Shown here: positions 1 through 10,097 of the stretch, one piece after another | Layout: the number at the start of each line of letters is the position of its first letter | How positions within the stretch are numbered: position 1 is the first letter of the stretch | Origin: Candidatus Multivorans sp. | Lineage (GTDB): Bacteria > Acidobacteriota > Thermoanaerobaculia > Multivoradales > Multivoraceae | Direction of reading: 5' to 3' | DNA: 64,000 nucleotides | NCBI GenBank assembly: GCA_965224025.1 | Contig: OZ245033.1 | Span: 4,928,001 to 4,992,000, forward strand | Program-made: the position numbers and the translations under genes | The notes under the pieces: model-generated | What the model was told of the DNA's origin: nothing | Seen by the model: the letters and a program-made list of their open reading frames with translations, nothing else | Databases searched by the model: none

Positions 1-3000
1 AGGTCGCCGTGCCCGCCGCGGTGCTCCAGCCCAGCACCGTGTCCGCCGCCGCGGCGCCCGACAGCTCGACCGCGAACGACAGCTCCCCGCCTTCCTCCGC
101 GCTCGCCGCCGCGACCGACACCGTCTCCGTCCCCGAGTCCGTGATCGTCGTCGTCGCCGCCGCGGCGTCGCGCTCGGCCGTACCCGCGGCCGTGCTCGCC
201 CCGGTCAGCGTCACGATCAGGGTCTCCCCCGGGTCCAGCACGCCGTCCGAGGTCGTCTGGATCTCGATCGTCCCGCTCGATTGGCCCGCCGCGATCGTCA
301 GAGAGCCGACCGGCGCGGTGTAGTCCGCGCCCGGGGTCGCCGTGCCGCCGACGGCGTAGCCGACCACCACGTCCGCCGTGCTCTCGCCGCCCGTCAACTC
401 CACCGTGAAGCCCGCCGCGGAACCCTCGGAGACGGTCGCCGAGTCCGCCGTCACGGACGCCGTCAGCGTCTCGTCGTCAACAATCGTCGCCGTCGCCGTC
501 GCGACGCCCACGGTCACCCCGTCCGGCAGGGTCGCGCCCGTGATCGTCACCGTGAAGGTCTCCTCCGCCTCCGCCAGATCGTCCTCCACCGTCGACACCG
601 TCAGCGTCCCCGTCGTCTCGCCCGCCGAGATGGTGAGCGTCCCGGCCGTCACCGCCGTGAAGTCCGTACCCGAGGTCGCCGTGCCCGCCGCGGTGCTCCA
701 GCCCAGCACCGTGTCCGCCGCCGCGGCGCCCGACAGCTCGACCGCGAACTGGACGTCCTCGCCTTCCCCGGCGGTCGAGCCGGCGATCGACACCGTCTCC
801 ATGCCGCCGTCGGTGATCGTCGTCGTGGCCGCCGCGGCGTCGCGCTCGGCCGTACCCGCGGCCGTGCTCGCCCCGGTCAGCGTCACGATCAGGGTCTCTC
901 CCGGGTCCAGCACGCCGTCCGAGGTCGTCTGGATCTCGATCGTCCCGCTCGATTGGCCCGCCGCGATCGTCAGAGAGCCGACCGGCGCGGTGTAGTCCGC
1001 GCCCGGGGTCGCCGTGCCGCCGACGGCGTAGCCGACCACCACGTCCGCCGTGCTCTCGCCGCCCGTCAACTCCACCGTGAAGCCCGCCGCGGAACCCTCG
1101 GAGACGGTCGCCGAGTCCGCCGTCACGGACGCCGTCAGCGTCTCGTCGTCAACAATCGTCGCCGTCGCCGTCGCGACGCCCACGGTCACCCCGTCCGGCA
1201 GGGTCGCGCCCGTGATCGTCACCGTGAAGGTCTCCTCCGCCTCCGCCAGATCGTCCTCCACCGTCGACACCGTCAGCGTCCCGGTGGGCTGGCCCGCCGA
1301 GATGGTGAGCGTCCCGGCCGTCACCGCCGTGAAGTCCGTACCCGAGGTCGCCGTGCCGGCCGCGGTGCTCCAGCCCAGCACCGTGTCCGCCGCCGCGGCG
1401 CCCGACAGCTCGACCGCGAACTGGACGTCCTCGCCTTCCCCGGCGGTCGAGCCGGCGATCGACACCGTCTCCATGCCGCCGTCGGTGATCGTCGTCGTGG
1501 CCGCCGCGGCGTCGCGCTCGGCCGTACCCGCGGCCGTGCTCGCCCCGGTCAGCGTCACGATCAGGGTCTCCCCCGGGTCCAGCACGCCGTCCGAGGTCGT
1601 CTGGATCGCGATCGTCCCGCTCGATTGGCCCGCCGCGATCGTCAGAGAGCCGACCGGCGCGGTGTAGTCCGCGCCCGGGGTCGCCGTGCCGCCGACGGCG
1701 TAGCCGACCACCACGTCCGCCGTGCTCTCGCCGCCCGTCAACTCCACCGTGAAGCCCGCCGCGGAACCCTCGGAGACGGTCGCCGAGTCCGCCGTCACGG
1801 ACGCCGTCAGCGTCTCGTCGTCAACAATCGTCGCCGTCGCCGTCGCGACGCCCACGGTCACCCCGTCCGGCAGGGTCGCGCCCGTGATCGTCACCGTGAA
1901 GGTCTCCTCCGCCTCCGCCAGATCGTCCTCCACCGTCGACACCGTCAGCGTCCCCGTCGTCTCGCCCGCCGAGATGGTGAGCGTCCCGGCCGTCACCGCC
2001 GTGAAGTCCGTACCCGAGGTCGCCGTGCCCGCCGCGGTGCTCCAGCCCAGCACCGTGTCCGCCGCCGCGGCGCCCGACAGCTCGACCGCGAACGACAGCT
2101 CCCCGCCTTCCTCCGCGCTCGCCGCCGCGACCGACACCGTCTCCGTCCCCGAGTCCGTGATCGTCGTCGTCGCCGCCGCGGCGTCGCGCTCGGCCGTACC
2201 CGCGGCCGTGCTCGCCCCGGTCAGCGTCACGATCAGGGTCTCCCCCGGGTCCAGCACGCCGTCCGAGGTCGTCTGGATCTCGATCGTCCCGCTCGATTGG
2301 CCCGCCGCGATCGTCAGAGAGCCGACCGGCGCGGTGTAGTCCGCGCCCGGGGTCGCCGTGCCGCCGACGGCGTAGCCGACCACCACGTCCGCCGTGCTCT
2401 CGCCGCCCGTCAACTCCACCGTGAAGCCCGCCGCGGAACCCTCGGAGACGGTCGCCGAGTCCGCCGTCACGGACGCCGTCAGCGTCTCGTCGTCAACAAT
2501 CGTCGCCGTCGCCGTCGCGACGCCCACGGTCACCCCGTCCGGCAGGGTCGCGCCCGTGATCGTCACCGTGAAGGTCTCCTCCGCCTCCGCCAGATCGTCC
2601 TCCACCGTCGACACCGTCAGCGTCCCCGTCGTCTCGCCCGCCGAGATGGTGAGCGTCCCGGCCGTCACCGCCGTGAAGTCCGTACCCGAGGTCGCCGTGC
2701 CCGCCGCCGTCGTCCAGCCCAGCACCGTGTCCGACCCCGCCGCCCCCGTCAGCTCGACCGCGAACGACAGCTCCCCGCCTTCCTCCGCGCTCGCCGCCGC
2801 GACCGACACCGTCTCCGTCCCCGAGTCCGTGATCGTCGTCGTCGCCGCCGCGGCGTCGCGCTCGGCCGTACCCGCGGCCGTGCTCGCCCCGGTCAGCGTC
2901 ACGATCAGGGTCTCTCCCGGGTCCAGCACGCCGTCCGAGGTCGTCTGGATCTCGATCGTCCCGCTCGATTGGCCCGCCGCGATCGTCAGAGAGCCGACCG

Positions 3001-3990
3001 GCGCGGTGTAGTCCGCGCCCGGGGTCGCCGTGCCGCCGACGGCGTAGCCGACCACCACGTCCGCCGTGCTCTCGCCGCCCGTCAACTCCACCGTGAAGCC
3101 CGCCGCGGAACCCTCGGAGACGGTCGCCGAGTCCGCCGTCACGGACGCCGTCAGCGTCTCGTCGTCAACAATCGTCGCCGTCGCCGTCGCGACGCCCACG
3201 GTCACCCCGTCCGGCAGGGTCGCGCCCGTGATCGTCACCGTGAAGGTCTCCTCCGCCTCCGCCAGATCGTCCTCCACCGTCGACACCGTCAGCGTCCCCG
3301 TCGTCTCGCCCGCCGAGATGGTGAGCGTCCCGGCCGTCACCGCCGTGAAGTCCGTACCCGAGGTCGCCGTGCCCGCCGCCGTCGTCCAGCCCAGCACCGT
3401 GTCCGACCCCGCCGCCCCCGTCAGCTCGACCGCGAACTGGACGTCCTCGCCTTCCCCGGCGGTCGAGCCGGCGATCGACACCGTCTCCATGCCGCCGTCG
3501 GTGATCGTCGTCGTGGCCGCCGCGGCGTCGCGCTCGGCCGTACCCGCGGCCGTGCTCGCCCCGGTCAGCGTCACGATCAGGGTCTCTCCCGGGTCCAGCA
3601 CGCCGTCCGAGGTCGTCTGGATCGCGATCGTCCCGCTCGATTGGCCCGCCGCGATCGTCAGAGAGCCGACCGGCGCGGTGTAGTCCGCGCCCGGGGTCGC
3701 CGTGCCGCCGACGGCGTAGCCGACCACCACGTCCGCCGTGCTCTCGCCGCCCGTCAACTCCACCGTGAAGCCCGCCGCGGAACCCTCGGAGACGGTCGCC
3801 GAGTCCGCCGTCACGGACGCCGTCAGCGTCTCGTCGTCAACAATCGTCGCCGTCGCCGTCGCGACGCCCACGGTCACCCCGTCCGGCAGGGTCGCGCCCG
3901 TGATCGTCACCGTGAAGGTCTCCTCCGCCTCCGCCAGATCGTCCTCCACCGTCGACACCGTCAGCGTCCCGGTGGGCTGGCCCGCCGGAA
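1..3990. repeat. 672-bp (224-aa, two Calx-beta domains) intragenic tandem repeat, about 6 copies in window
   Basis: Near-identical shadow ORFs start at 378, 1050, 1722, 2394, 3066 and 3738, an exact period of 672. Confidence 0.97.
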
Positions 3991-6900
3991 TCGTCAACGC
4001 CCCGCTCGCCGCCGTGTAGTCCTCGCCGGCTATGGCCGTATTGTCCACCGTCTCGTAATCCACCGTCACCGGAACCGCCACCGCCCCCGACAGCGTCGCC
4101 ACAAAGCTCAACGCCCCGCCTTCCGTACCCTTGGCCGGCGCCACCGACACCGTCACCTTGCTGGAGTCCTTGATCGTCGTCGTCGCGGATTCCTCCGTCA
4201 CGTCCACCTGCCGGTTCGCGGTGGTCGCCACGCCAAGCGTCACCGTTACCGTCTCGTCCGGCTCCACCACCGTGTCGGGCTGCGTCTGGATCACGATCAA
4301 CCCCGCCGCCTGCCCAGCCGGAATCGTCAGCGTCCCGCTCGCCGCCGTATAGTCGCTCCCCGCCTCCGCCGTCCCGCTCAGCGCATACGGAACCACCACG
4401 TCCGCGGTGCTCGCGCCCGCAACGGTCACGGTGAAGGTCGCCGCGGCGCCCTCGCTGGTTTCCGCCTCCGTCGTGACGGCCACCGCCAGTCTGTCGTCAT
4501 CTCTGATGGTCCCCGTCGCAGCCGCAGTCCTCAGTGTCGCGTGCTGCTCCTTGAGCAGCGCCACCGTGAAAGCCTCCGGCCCTTCGTTCAACTCGTCGTC
4601 CCGGATCGATACGGCTATCTCGGTCGATTCCTCGCCCGGCTCGAATGTCAGCGTGGCACTCGCGGGCTCGTAGTCCTCGCCAGCCGTCGCCGAGCCGTCG
4701 GAGGTCGCGTAGTCCACCGTCACTCTGCGCCCGCTCGCCGGAGAAAGGGACACGGCAAACGACAGCGACCCCTCGTCTTCGCCGGCTTCTCCGCCTTGTC
4801 GAGCCGCAGCCGTGATCGCCAGTTCCGGCAGGTCGTCGTTGTCTTCGATCAATCCGATGGCAGCGGGGTCGGCGAGCGTCGCGTTGACCGCCGAGGACAA
4901 GGTGACCGAAAACCGCTCCTCGTTCTCATCCAGCGCGTCGTCGCCTATCAGCACCCGGATGTACCGTTCCGTTTCCTCAGTTCCGAAGGTCAATGTGCCG
5001 GTCGCTTCCGTGTAGTCCCCGCCAGCCTTCGCCGTCCCGTCCTCCGTGGCGTATTCCACCGAGACCTCCCCTTGCTTCGCGCCTTCCAGCGTCACGCTGA
5101 ACACGATCTCGCCGCTGCCCTCATAGGCCGTCTCGTCGCCGATGGAAAGCGTGGGAAGGGCGCTGAAGACGACTGACACCGCCACGTCGCTCGATTCCAC
5201 CGCGCCGTCGGTCGCGTCGGCGGTGCTGACGAGTTCGCCGGCGGTCACGTCCGCCGCGGTGACCGCGTAGCTGGCCTGGCACCGGATCGCTTCCGCTCCC
5301 GGGTCGAGGGCCTCCGAGCCGCACACGAAGTCGCCGGCCCTGTCGTCACGCACAGTGATGGGCGCCGCACTCCGAACGGTTCCGGTATTGGACACCCAAT
5401 AGACGAACTCGAGTACCTGCCCGGCTCGACCGAAGCTCTCCGGTGAAGACCTGCGGAGCTCGAACTCCACTCGCCGGTCGTCATCGGTGACGGTCACCAC
5501 CGCGGTGGCGGGGTCGCCGGCCAAATAGAGGGGGCGGCCGCCGGCATCCTGGGACTCGAACCCCGTCAACCTGAACTCGTAGGTTCTCGTGGGCTCCAAC
5601 GCCTCGTCATCGGGCGTCGGCACCTCCAGATCGACCGTGTCGGAGTCCGCGGAGAAGGTCCCCAGCACGAGATCGACGAAGGTCCCATCGAGATAGCGGC
5701 CCAAGGTCGCAAGCAGTTCCTCCGTCTTGTCGCCGGTGCGGGTCAACTCGAGGGCGATGGCCTCTCCTTCTTCCACCGAATCCTCCCGCGCCGCAACGGT
5801 CACGACGGTGTCCGGCGCGTCGTCGTCCCGGATGGCGACGGTGGCGGTGTTGGGGTACTCCGGAACACCTTCGTATGCGTTGTAGGCGTCCTCGACCGCT
5901 GCGATTGACAGATCGTCTCCACCCAGGACTTGCACCGTGACCGCGCCGTCCTCCTCGTAGACGTCGTCGCCGGTGGTCGGAATCGTCACGGTGATCTCGG
6001 CCTGGCCGGGCTGGAACCGTGCCGCCGTTTCGGGCAAGCCGGACACGAAGTCTCCCCGATCGGTCACGCGGAGCCGCACGTCCGTGGCTTCGACTCCGAG
6101 ATTCTCCGCGTTCCACAACCGCGTCAGCGTGAACCGGGCGGGCGCACCCTCGGTGACTTCGGCTGCCGCGGCCGCGACAGTGATCGTGGGAAACCGGTTC
6201 AGCACCCGGACCGTGGCCGAGGCGGGGCTGCCAAGGACATAGCTCGGCCGCCAGCAGGGATCCCCGCATTCGGCGGGAGGAATATCAATATACGCCGTGC
6301 CTCCAGGCGGACCAACGTAGTTGTACTTCGCCGACAGGAAGACGCCAGGCGTCGTGCGACTTTTCTCACCTTTCCAAATCCCGAAAAGAACAGTGAGATA
6401 GAAGTTGTTACTTGTCTCGTCGTATTCTCTATTGTAATGTGAATGGTAGGGATGATTGAAAACCGTTCGATACTTCATTCGAACTTTCAGGTCGTGGACC
6501 ACATCGCCTGCGCGGTAATAGGTCCAACCGATAGCATTGCCCTCAACTATCTCATCCGCGACCGCTTCGACCGTCACCTCCGCAATGTCGTCATCCTTCA
6601 CCAGCACGGTGGCGCTGGCGTTGCTGCCGATTCGATACCCGCCGTTCGGATTCCGTTCGAGCGCCGCCACGAACTCGGCGTCGCCCTCATTGACTTCGTC
6701 CGCTTCCGTCGTCAACGTCAGCGTGGCCGCCGAGGCGCCGGCCTCGAACAGAACCGGCACGTGGTCCCACCGCATCCAGCGACGAGTCTGGTCCGTCGCG
6801 AACTTGCTGTACCCTTCGTGCGTCGCGTGGATGTCCACGTGGGCACGCACCGCTGCCCGATTGTCACCCTCGCGGGTCAAGGTGAAGACCACGTCGTCAC

Positions 6901-9900
6901 CTTCAGTCACCCGGGCAACGTCGCGGACGATGGACATCACAGGCCCCGTACCATCGTTGTCCACGACGATAACGAAAGCGATCGCGGAGGTCGGATCGCT
7001 GTCGAGCGCGTATCCAGGGCCCTCGACTATCGCCGCCGCCACGGGGGCATCGGGCTGCTGGAGATCATTGTCGTTCGTCGGCACGCTCAAGGTCGTCGTG
7101 GAGGCGCCTGCTTCGAAGGTCGCCGTCGTCGGCGGGGAACCCGCGATGAAGGGACCCCCTTCGGTCACACCAACGTTCACGGTCAGCGCGCCCCGGGACG
7201 ACTGACTCACAAAGCCGCCTGCCCGCGTCTCTCGACGCAGGGTGAAGACAACGTCCCGCCCTTCCGTCACGTATGCCCGATCCCTCGAGATCGTCACGAA
7301 TTGCAGGTTGTCGTTGTCGGTGACCGCTACCGTGGCGGAGGCGGCGGCGCCGATCACGTAGCCGGCGCCCGCGGAGATTCTCGCGGCCACCGAGCCATCG
7401 GGTTCGTCGAGGTCATCGTCGTCGGTTCGCACGTTCAGGGATGCAGTGAGAGCGCCCGGCGCGAACATCGCCGTGGCGGGCGCCGCGTCCGAGAAGAAGC
7501 TGCCGTCGCGAGTCACGCTCACGTCGACGTGCAACTCGGCCGAAACGTCTCCCACCCGCGTCAGAGTGAACGCCGCGGCCTGGCCCTCGACGCGGGTGGC
7601 ATGATCAGCGGCGATGGTCACCGTGGGGAGGTCGTCGTCCCTGATCGTGACCGTGCCCGTGCCGCCCGCGAGGAGCCCCGCGTTCCGAGAGCCGCTCAGC
7701 CTCACCGTGAAGGTCTCGTCGAGTTCGCCGCTCTGGTCGTTCGCTGGCCTCACGTCGAATGTCCGGCTGGTGTCGCCGGGGCTGAAGGTCAGCGTGCCAC
7801 TCGCCGCCGCGTAGTCGGAGGGCGCCACCGCCGTGGCGTCCTCGGTGGTGTAGACCACCGTCACCGGCCGCGCGGTGCTGTGAAGAGCACTGGCGAATTC
7901 CAGGGCCACCTCGACCTCGATCCCCTGGTCGTTCTCGCGTCCCAACACGTCTCGAACGCGAAGATTCGGGAAGGGATCGTTGTCGGTGATTCGCACCGTG
8001 GCGCTGCCGGGTTCGCCGATCTCATGGCCCGCGACATCGATCGGATCGAGCGTCACCACAACCGAACCGCCGTCTTCGTCGACACGGTCATCGTCGGTGT
8101 TCAACGTCAGCGTCGCTGTACTGTTCGCTGTGGCGAAGGTCACCGTCGCGGGCGGATCCGCGCTCAAGAACGCACCCTGCCGGGTCACGGTCACGCCCAG
8201 GGTGAGTTCTTGCAGAAAGACCTGGCGGCCGGTCCGCTTCAACACGAATACGATGCGCTGTCCTTCCGATCGAACGGCATGCGACGTCTCGATGGTGATC
8301 GCCGAAAGGTCATTGTCGATGATCGGCACCTCGACGAGGCGATCCGGGGAGCCGCCCAGATAAGACGGGTGGGGACGTAGCAGCACAAGAATGGAGTCGT
8401 CCTGAGTGAAGACGTCGTCATCGTTCGTGGCGATCAACTCGGTGATCTCGGTCACACCCGGCTCGAAGGTCAGCACCCGGTCTTCCTGGTCGTACAGGCC
8501 CTGTATGCTCCACGCCCAATACACGACTAGCCGGATCGAGCCGCCGCCGGTCCGGCTAAAGGTGATGGCCGCGCTCTCACCCTCGTCGACCGAGGTCGGC
8601 GGAGTGACGGTCACGAGCGACAGATCGTTGTCGTGGACTGCGAGCTGGGCAGTTCTGGCGGCGGCATCGACCGTGTAGTCGGAACCGACCGCCAAGTTGG
8701 AGCCGTCCGTGATCGTCACCATGACGCTGCCGTCGGCTTTGACCAAGTCATCGTCGACCGTCGGGACAATCAGGTCGGTGGTGTACGCGTCTCTCGGGAA
8801 GTTCGCCATCACCGGCGCCGGACTGGCCAGGAACCCACCGGTCCCGGCCACGTTCAACATCACGGTCAGCGGCGGCGGTCCCACCGACGCGTCGCAGAAG
8901 TCCCTGTAGCACCGCGTCAAGGTGAAGACGGCATCGTTTCCTTCCAACACATACGGCAGGCCGCCAGCCGTGGCCGGCCGTGCGCGGTCCGACGCCGCAA
9001 CGGATATCCGGGCGGTGCCGAAGAGTTCGAGTTCCTGGTCGCGGATTTCCGTCCTGGCCGTTGCCGGGTCGCCGGCTTCATAGCGCTCGTGATCGATCCC
9101 CTCGATACTCGCCGTGATCGACCCGTGGGGCGTGATGAAGCGGTTGCGCGCCGTGGCGACACGGACCTCCGCCTTCGCCGCGCCCTCGCGGAACGTCGCC
9201 GTCTCCGGGGGTTGAATGGGAGCGGAGAAATCCCCCACGAGGGTCACGTCCAGATCGACGGTGAATGCGCTCAGGGTCGATGTCCTGCCAGTGCGCGTCA
9301 GATCGAAGTAGGCGCTCGTGCCCTCCGATATCGATGAACTCCGGGCTTCGATGGTGATCGTCGAGACGTCGTCGTCGATGATCGGCACATCGAGCTGGGG
9401 GCCGCCGATGATTCTGAACACGACCGAGTTGCCTTCGTCGTACTCGTTGTCTTCCTCGGTTGGCACGGGCACCTCGAGGGTGCTGGCGTCCGCGGCGAAG
9501 TCCCTCGGGAAAGACACACCGTCCGAGCCCCGGTGACGCTCGTAGTGCTCAATCCACACTCTGCGGGAACCACTGACGTCGCCGCTGCGCGTCAGTGTGA
9601 AGGTCACGGTGTCCCCTTCCTCCACCGGCGAAGGAGTTGCCGTGATCGTGATGGCCTGCGCCCCGGCGACCGCCGGCGCCAAGAGCGCGACCCCGGCGAT
9701 CAGCAGCGCCGCCGGGAGCGCAACCCGGCCTCCTTCGGCCGGCGGCGGAAGAAGGGGAACGGCTGACGGTCTGTGCGATGTCAGGGTCCACGATTCAGGC
9801 CCATCGAAAGGATGGGAAATCTTCACTGACGTGATACGAAGAACACCCTTGTGGTGTATCCTCCGACAGCGCTCCGAATCGCACCCGGCAGCGCGGGTAC

Positions 9901-9913
9901 AATCGCTCTTCAT
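1..9913 (-). CDS. Giant Calx-beta repeat surface protein/adhesin, 3' end outside window (>3300 aa)
   Basis: Manual translation of several stretches of one minus frame found no stop. It has a signal-like segment (VALPAALLIAGVALLAPAVAGAQ), many Calx-beta-type units (…VSEGSAAGFTVELTGG…GTATPGADY…TIVDDE) and a DUF11/DUF7507-like unit at ~5190-5470 (FVYWVSNTGTV…YAVTAADVTAG). Start is ATG 9913 or GTG 9826. Confidence 0.88.
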   Translation of the reverse strand, partial: MKSDCTRAAGCDSERCRRIHHKGVLRITSVKISHPFDGPESWTLTSHRPSAVPLLPPPAEGGRVALPAALLIAGVALLAPAVAGAQAITITATPSPVEEGDTVTFTLTRSGDVSGSRRVWIEHYERHRGSDGVSFPRDFAADASTLEVPVPTEEDNEYDEGNSVVFRIIGGPQLDVPIIDDDVSTITIEARSSSISEGTSAYFDLTRTGRTSTLSAFTVDLDVTLVGDFSAPIQPPETATFREGAAKAEVRVATARNRFITPHGSITASIEGIDHERYEAGDPATARTEIRDQELELFGTARISVAASDRARPATAGGLPYVLEGNDAVFTLTRCYRDFCDASVGPPPLTVMLNVAGTGGFLASPAPVMANFPRDAYTTDLIVPTVDDDLVKADGSVMVTITDGSNLAVGSDYTVDAAARTAQLAVHDNDLSLVTVTPPTSVDEGESAAITFSRTGGGSIRLVVYWAWSIQGLYDQEDRVLTFEPGVTEITELIATNDDDVFTQDDSILVLLRPHPSYLGGSPDRLVEVPIIDNDLSAITIETSHAVRSEGQRIVFVLKRTGRQVFLQELTLGVTVTRQGAFLSADPPATVTFATANSTATLTLNTDDDRVDEDGGSVVVTLDPIDVAGHEIGEPGSATVRITDNDPFPNLRVRDVLGRENDQGIEVEVALEFASALHSTARPVTVVYTTEDATAVAPSDYAAASGTLTFSPGDTSRTFDVRPANDQSGELDETFTVRLSGSRNAGLLAGGTGTVTIRDDDLPTVTIAADHATRVEGQAAAFTLTRVGDVSAELHVDVSVTRDGSFFSDAAPATAMFAPGALTASLNVRTDDDDLDEPDGSVAARISAGAGYVIGAAASATVAVTDNDNLQFVTISRDRAYVTEGRDVVFTLRRETRAGGFVSQSSRGALTVNVGVTEGGPFIAGSPPTTATFEAGASTTTLSVPTNDNDLQQPDAPVAAAIVEGPGYALDSDPTSAIAFVIVVDNDGTGPVMSIVRDVARVTEGDDVVFTLTREGDNRAAVRAHVDIHATHEGYSKFATDQTRRWMRWDHVPVLFEAGASAATLTLTTEADEVNEGDAEFVAALERNPNGGYRIGSNASATVLVKDDDIAEVTVEAVADEIVEGNAIGWTYYRAGDVVHDLKVRMKYRTVFNHPYHSHYNREYDETSNNFYLTVLFGIWKGEKSRTTPGVFLSAKYNYVGPPGGTAYIDIPPAECGDPCWRPSYVLGSPASATVRVLNRFPTITVAAAAAEVTEGAPARFTLTRLWNAENLGVEATDVRLRVTDRGDFVSGLPETAARFQPGQAEITVTIPTTGDDVYEEDGAVTVQVLGGDDLSIAAVEDAYNAYEGVPEYPNTATVAIRDDDAPDTVVTVAAREDSVEEGEAIALELTRTGDKTEELLATLGRYLDGTFVDLVLGTFSADSDTVDLEVPTPDDEALEPTRTYEFRLTGFESQDAGGRPLYLAGDPATAVVTVTDDDRRVEFELRRSSPESFGRAGQVLEFVYWVSNTGTVRSAAPITVRDDRAGDFVCGSEALDPGAEAIRCQASYAVTAADVTAGELVSTADATDGAVESSDVAVSVVFSALPTLSIGDETAYEGSGEIVFSVTLEGAKQGEVSVEYATEDGTAKAGGDYTEATGTLTFGTEETERYIRVLIGDDALDENEERFSVTLSSAVNATLADPAAIGLIEDNDDLPELAITAAARQGGEAGEDEGSLSFAVSLSPASGRRVTVDYATSDGSATAGEDYEPASATLTFEPGEESTEIAVSIRDDELNEGPEAFTVALLKEQHATLRTAAATGTIRDDDRLAVAVTTEAETSEGAAATFTVTVAGASTADVVVPYALSGTAEAGSDYTAASGTLTIPAGQAAGLIVIQTQPDTVVEPDETVTVTLGVATTANRQVDVTEESATTTIKDSSKVTVSVAPAKGTEGGALSFVATLSGAVAVPVTVDYETVDNTAIAGEDYTAASGALTIPAGQPTGTLTVSTVEDDLAEAEETFTVTITGATLPDGVTVGVATATATIVDDETLTASVTADSATVSEGSAAGFTVELTGGESTADVVVGYAVGGTATPGADYTAPVGSLTIAAGQSSGTIAIQTTSDGVLDPGETLIVTLTGASTAAGTAERDAAAATTTITDGGMETVSIAGSTAGEGEDVQFAVELTGAAGSDTVLGWTTAAGTATSGTDFTAVTAGTLTISAGETTGTLTVSTVEDDLAEAEETFTVTITGATLPDGVTVGVATATATIVDDETLTASVTADSATVSEGSAAGFTVELTGGESTADVVVGYAVGGTATPGADYTAPVGSLTIAAGQSSGTIEIQTTSDGVLDPGETLIVTLTGASTAAGTAERDAAAATTTITDSGTETVSVAAASAEEGGELSFAVELTGAAGSDTVLGWTTAAGTATSGTDFTAVTAGTLTISAGETTGTLTVSTVEDDLAEAEETFTVTITGATLPDGVTVGVATATATIVDDETLTASVTADSATVSEGSAAGFTVELTGGESTADVVVGYAVGGTATPGADYTAPVGSLTIAAGQSSGTIEIQTTSDGVLDPGETLIVTLTGASTAAGTAERDAAAATTTITDSGTETVSVAAASAEEGGELSFAVELSGAAAADTVLGWSTAAGTATSGTDFTAVTAGTLTISAGETTGTLTVSTVEDDLAEAEETFTVTITGATLPDGVTVGVATATATIVDDETLTASVTADSATVSEGSAAGFTVELTGGESTADVVVGYAVGGTATPGADYTAPVGSLTIAAGQSSGTIAIQTTSDGVLDPGETLIVTLTGASTAAGTAERDAAAATTTITDGGMETVSIAGSTAGEGEDVQFAVELSGAAAADTVLGWSTAAGTATSGTDFTAVTAGTLTISAGQPTGTLTVSTVEDDLAEAEETFTVTITGATLPDGVTVGVATATATIVDDETLTASVTADSATVSEGSAAGFTVELTGGESTADVVVGYAVGGTATPGADYTAPVGSLTIAAGQSSGTIEIQTTSDGVLDPGETLIVTLTGASTAAGTAERDAAAATTTITDGGMETVSIAGSTAGEGEDVQFAVELSGAAAADTVLGWSTAAGTATSGTDFTAVTAGTLTISAGETTGTLTVSTVEDDLAEAEETFTVTITGATLPDGVTVGVATATATIVDDETLTASVTADSATVSEGSAAGFTVELTGGESTADVVVGYAVGGTATPGADYTAPVGSLTIAAGQSSGTIEIQTTSDGVLDPGETLIVTLTGASTAAGTAERDAAAATTTITDSGTETVSVAAASAEEGGELSFAVELSGAAAADTVLGWSTAAGTAT

Positions 9914-9958
9914 CTATGTTGATGTTGCCACTAATCTCTTGGGACGCACTGCTCCTTA

Positions 9959-10071
9959 TTACGCGAATGACGGGGAATTACGTGGACAACACATCTTCTT
10001 CGCCGACGGAAGGAAATCGACGCAATTCGCGTATCGCGTATCGCCAGCGGCCCCGTCGCGTATGATCGGCG
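9959..10071 (-). promoter_or_regulatory. Conserved upstream element, copy 1 (5' of adhesin gene)
   Basis: Imperfect direct repeat of 11226-11337 (ttacgcgaatgacgg…cgtggaca…ttcttcgccgacggaag…cgcaattcgcgtatcg…atgatcggcg). Confidence 0.7.
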
Positions 10072-10097
10072 TAGTGCTCAGCGATCCGGACAAGGAG

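Noticed and set aside
1-3990. Possible CRISPR array
   Set aside because: Period is 672 bp, coding, with no unique spacers and no cas genes.
281-5176. 1631-aa Arg-rich plus-strand ORF and six Ser/Val-rich ORFs (up to 205 aa)
   Set aside because: Antisense shadows of the GC-rich Calx-beta gene on the minus strand.
6270-6550. Complete diversity-generating retroelement
   Set aside because: No reverse transcriptase or template repeat in the window. Kept only as an AT-rich module finding.
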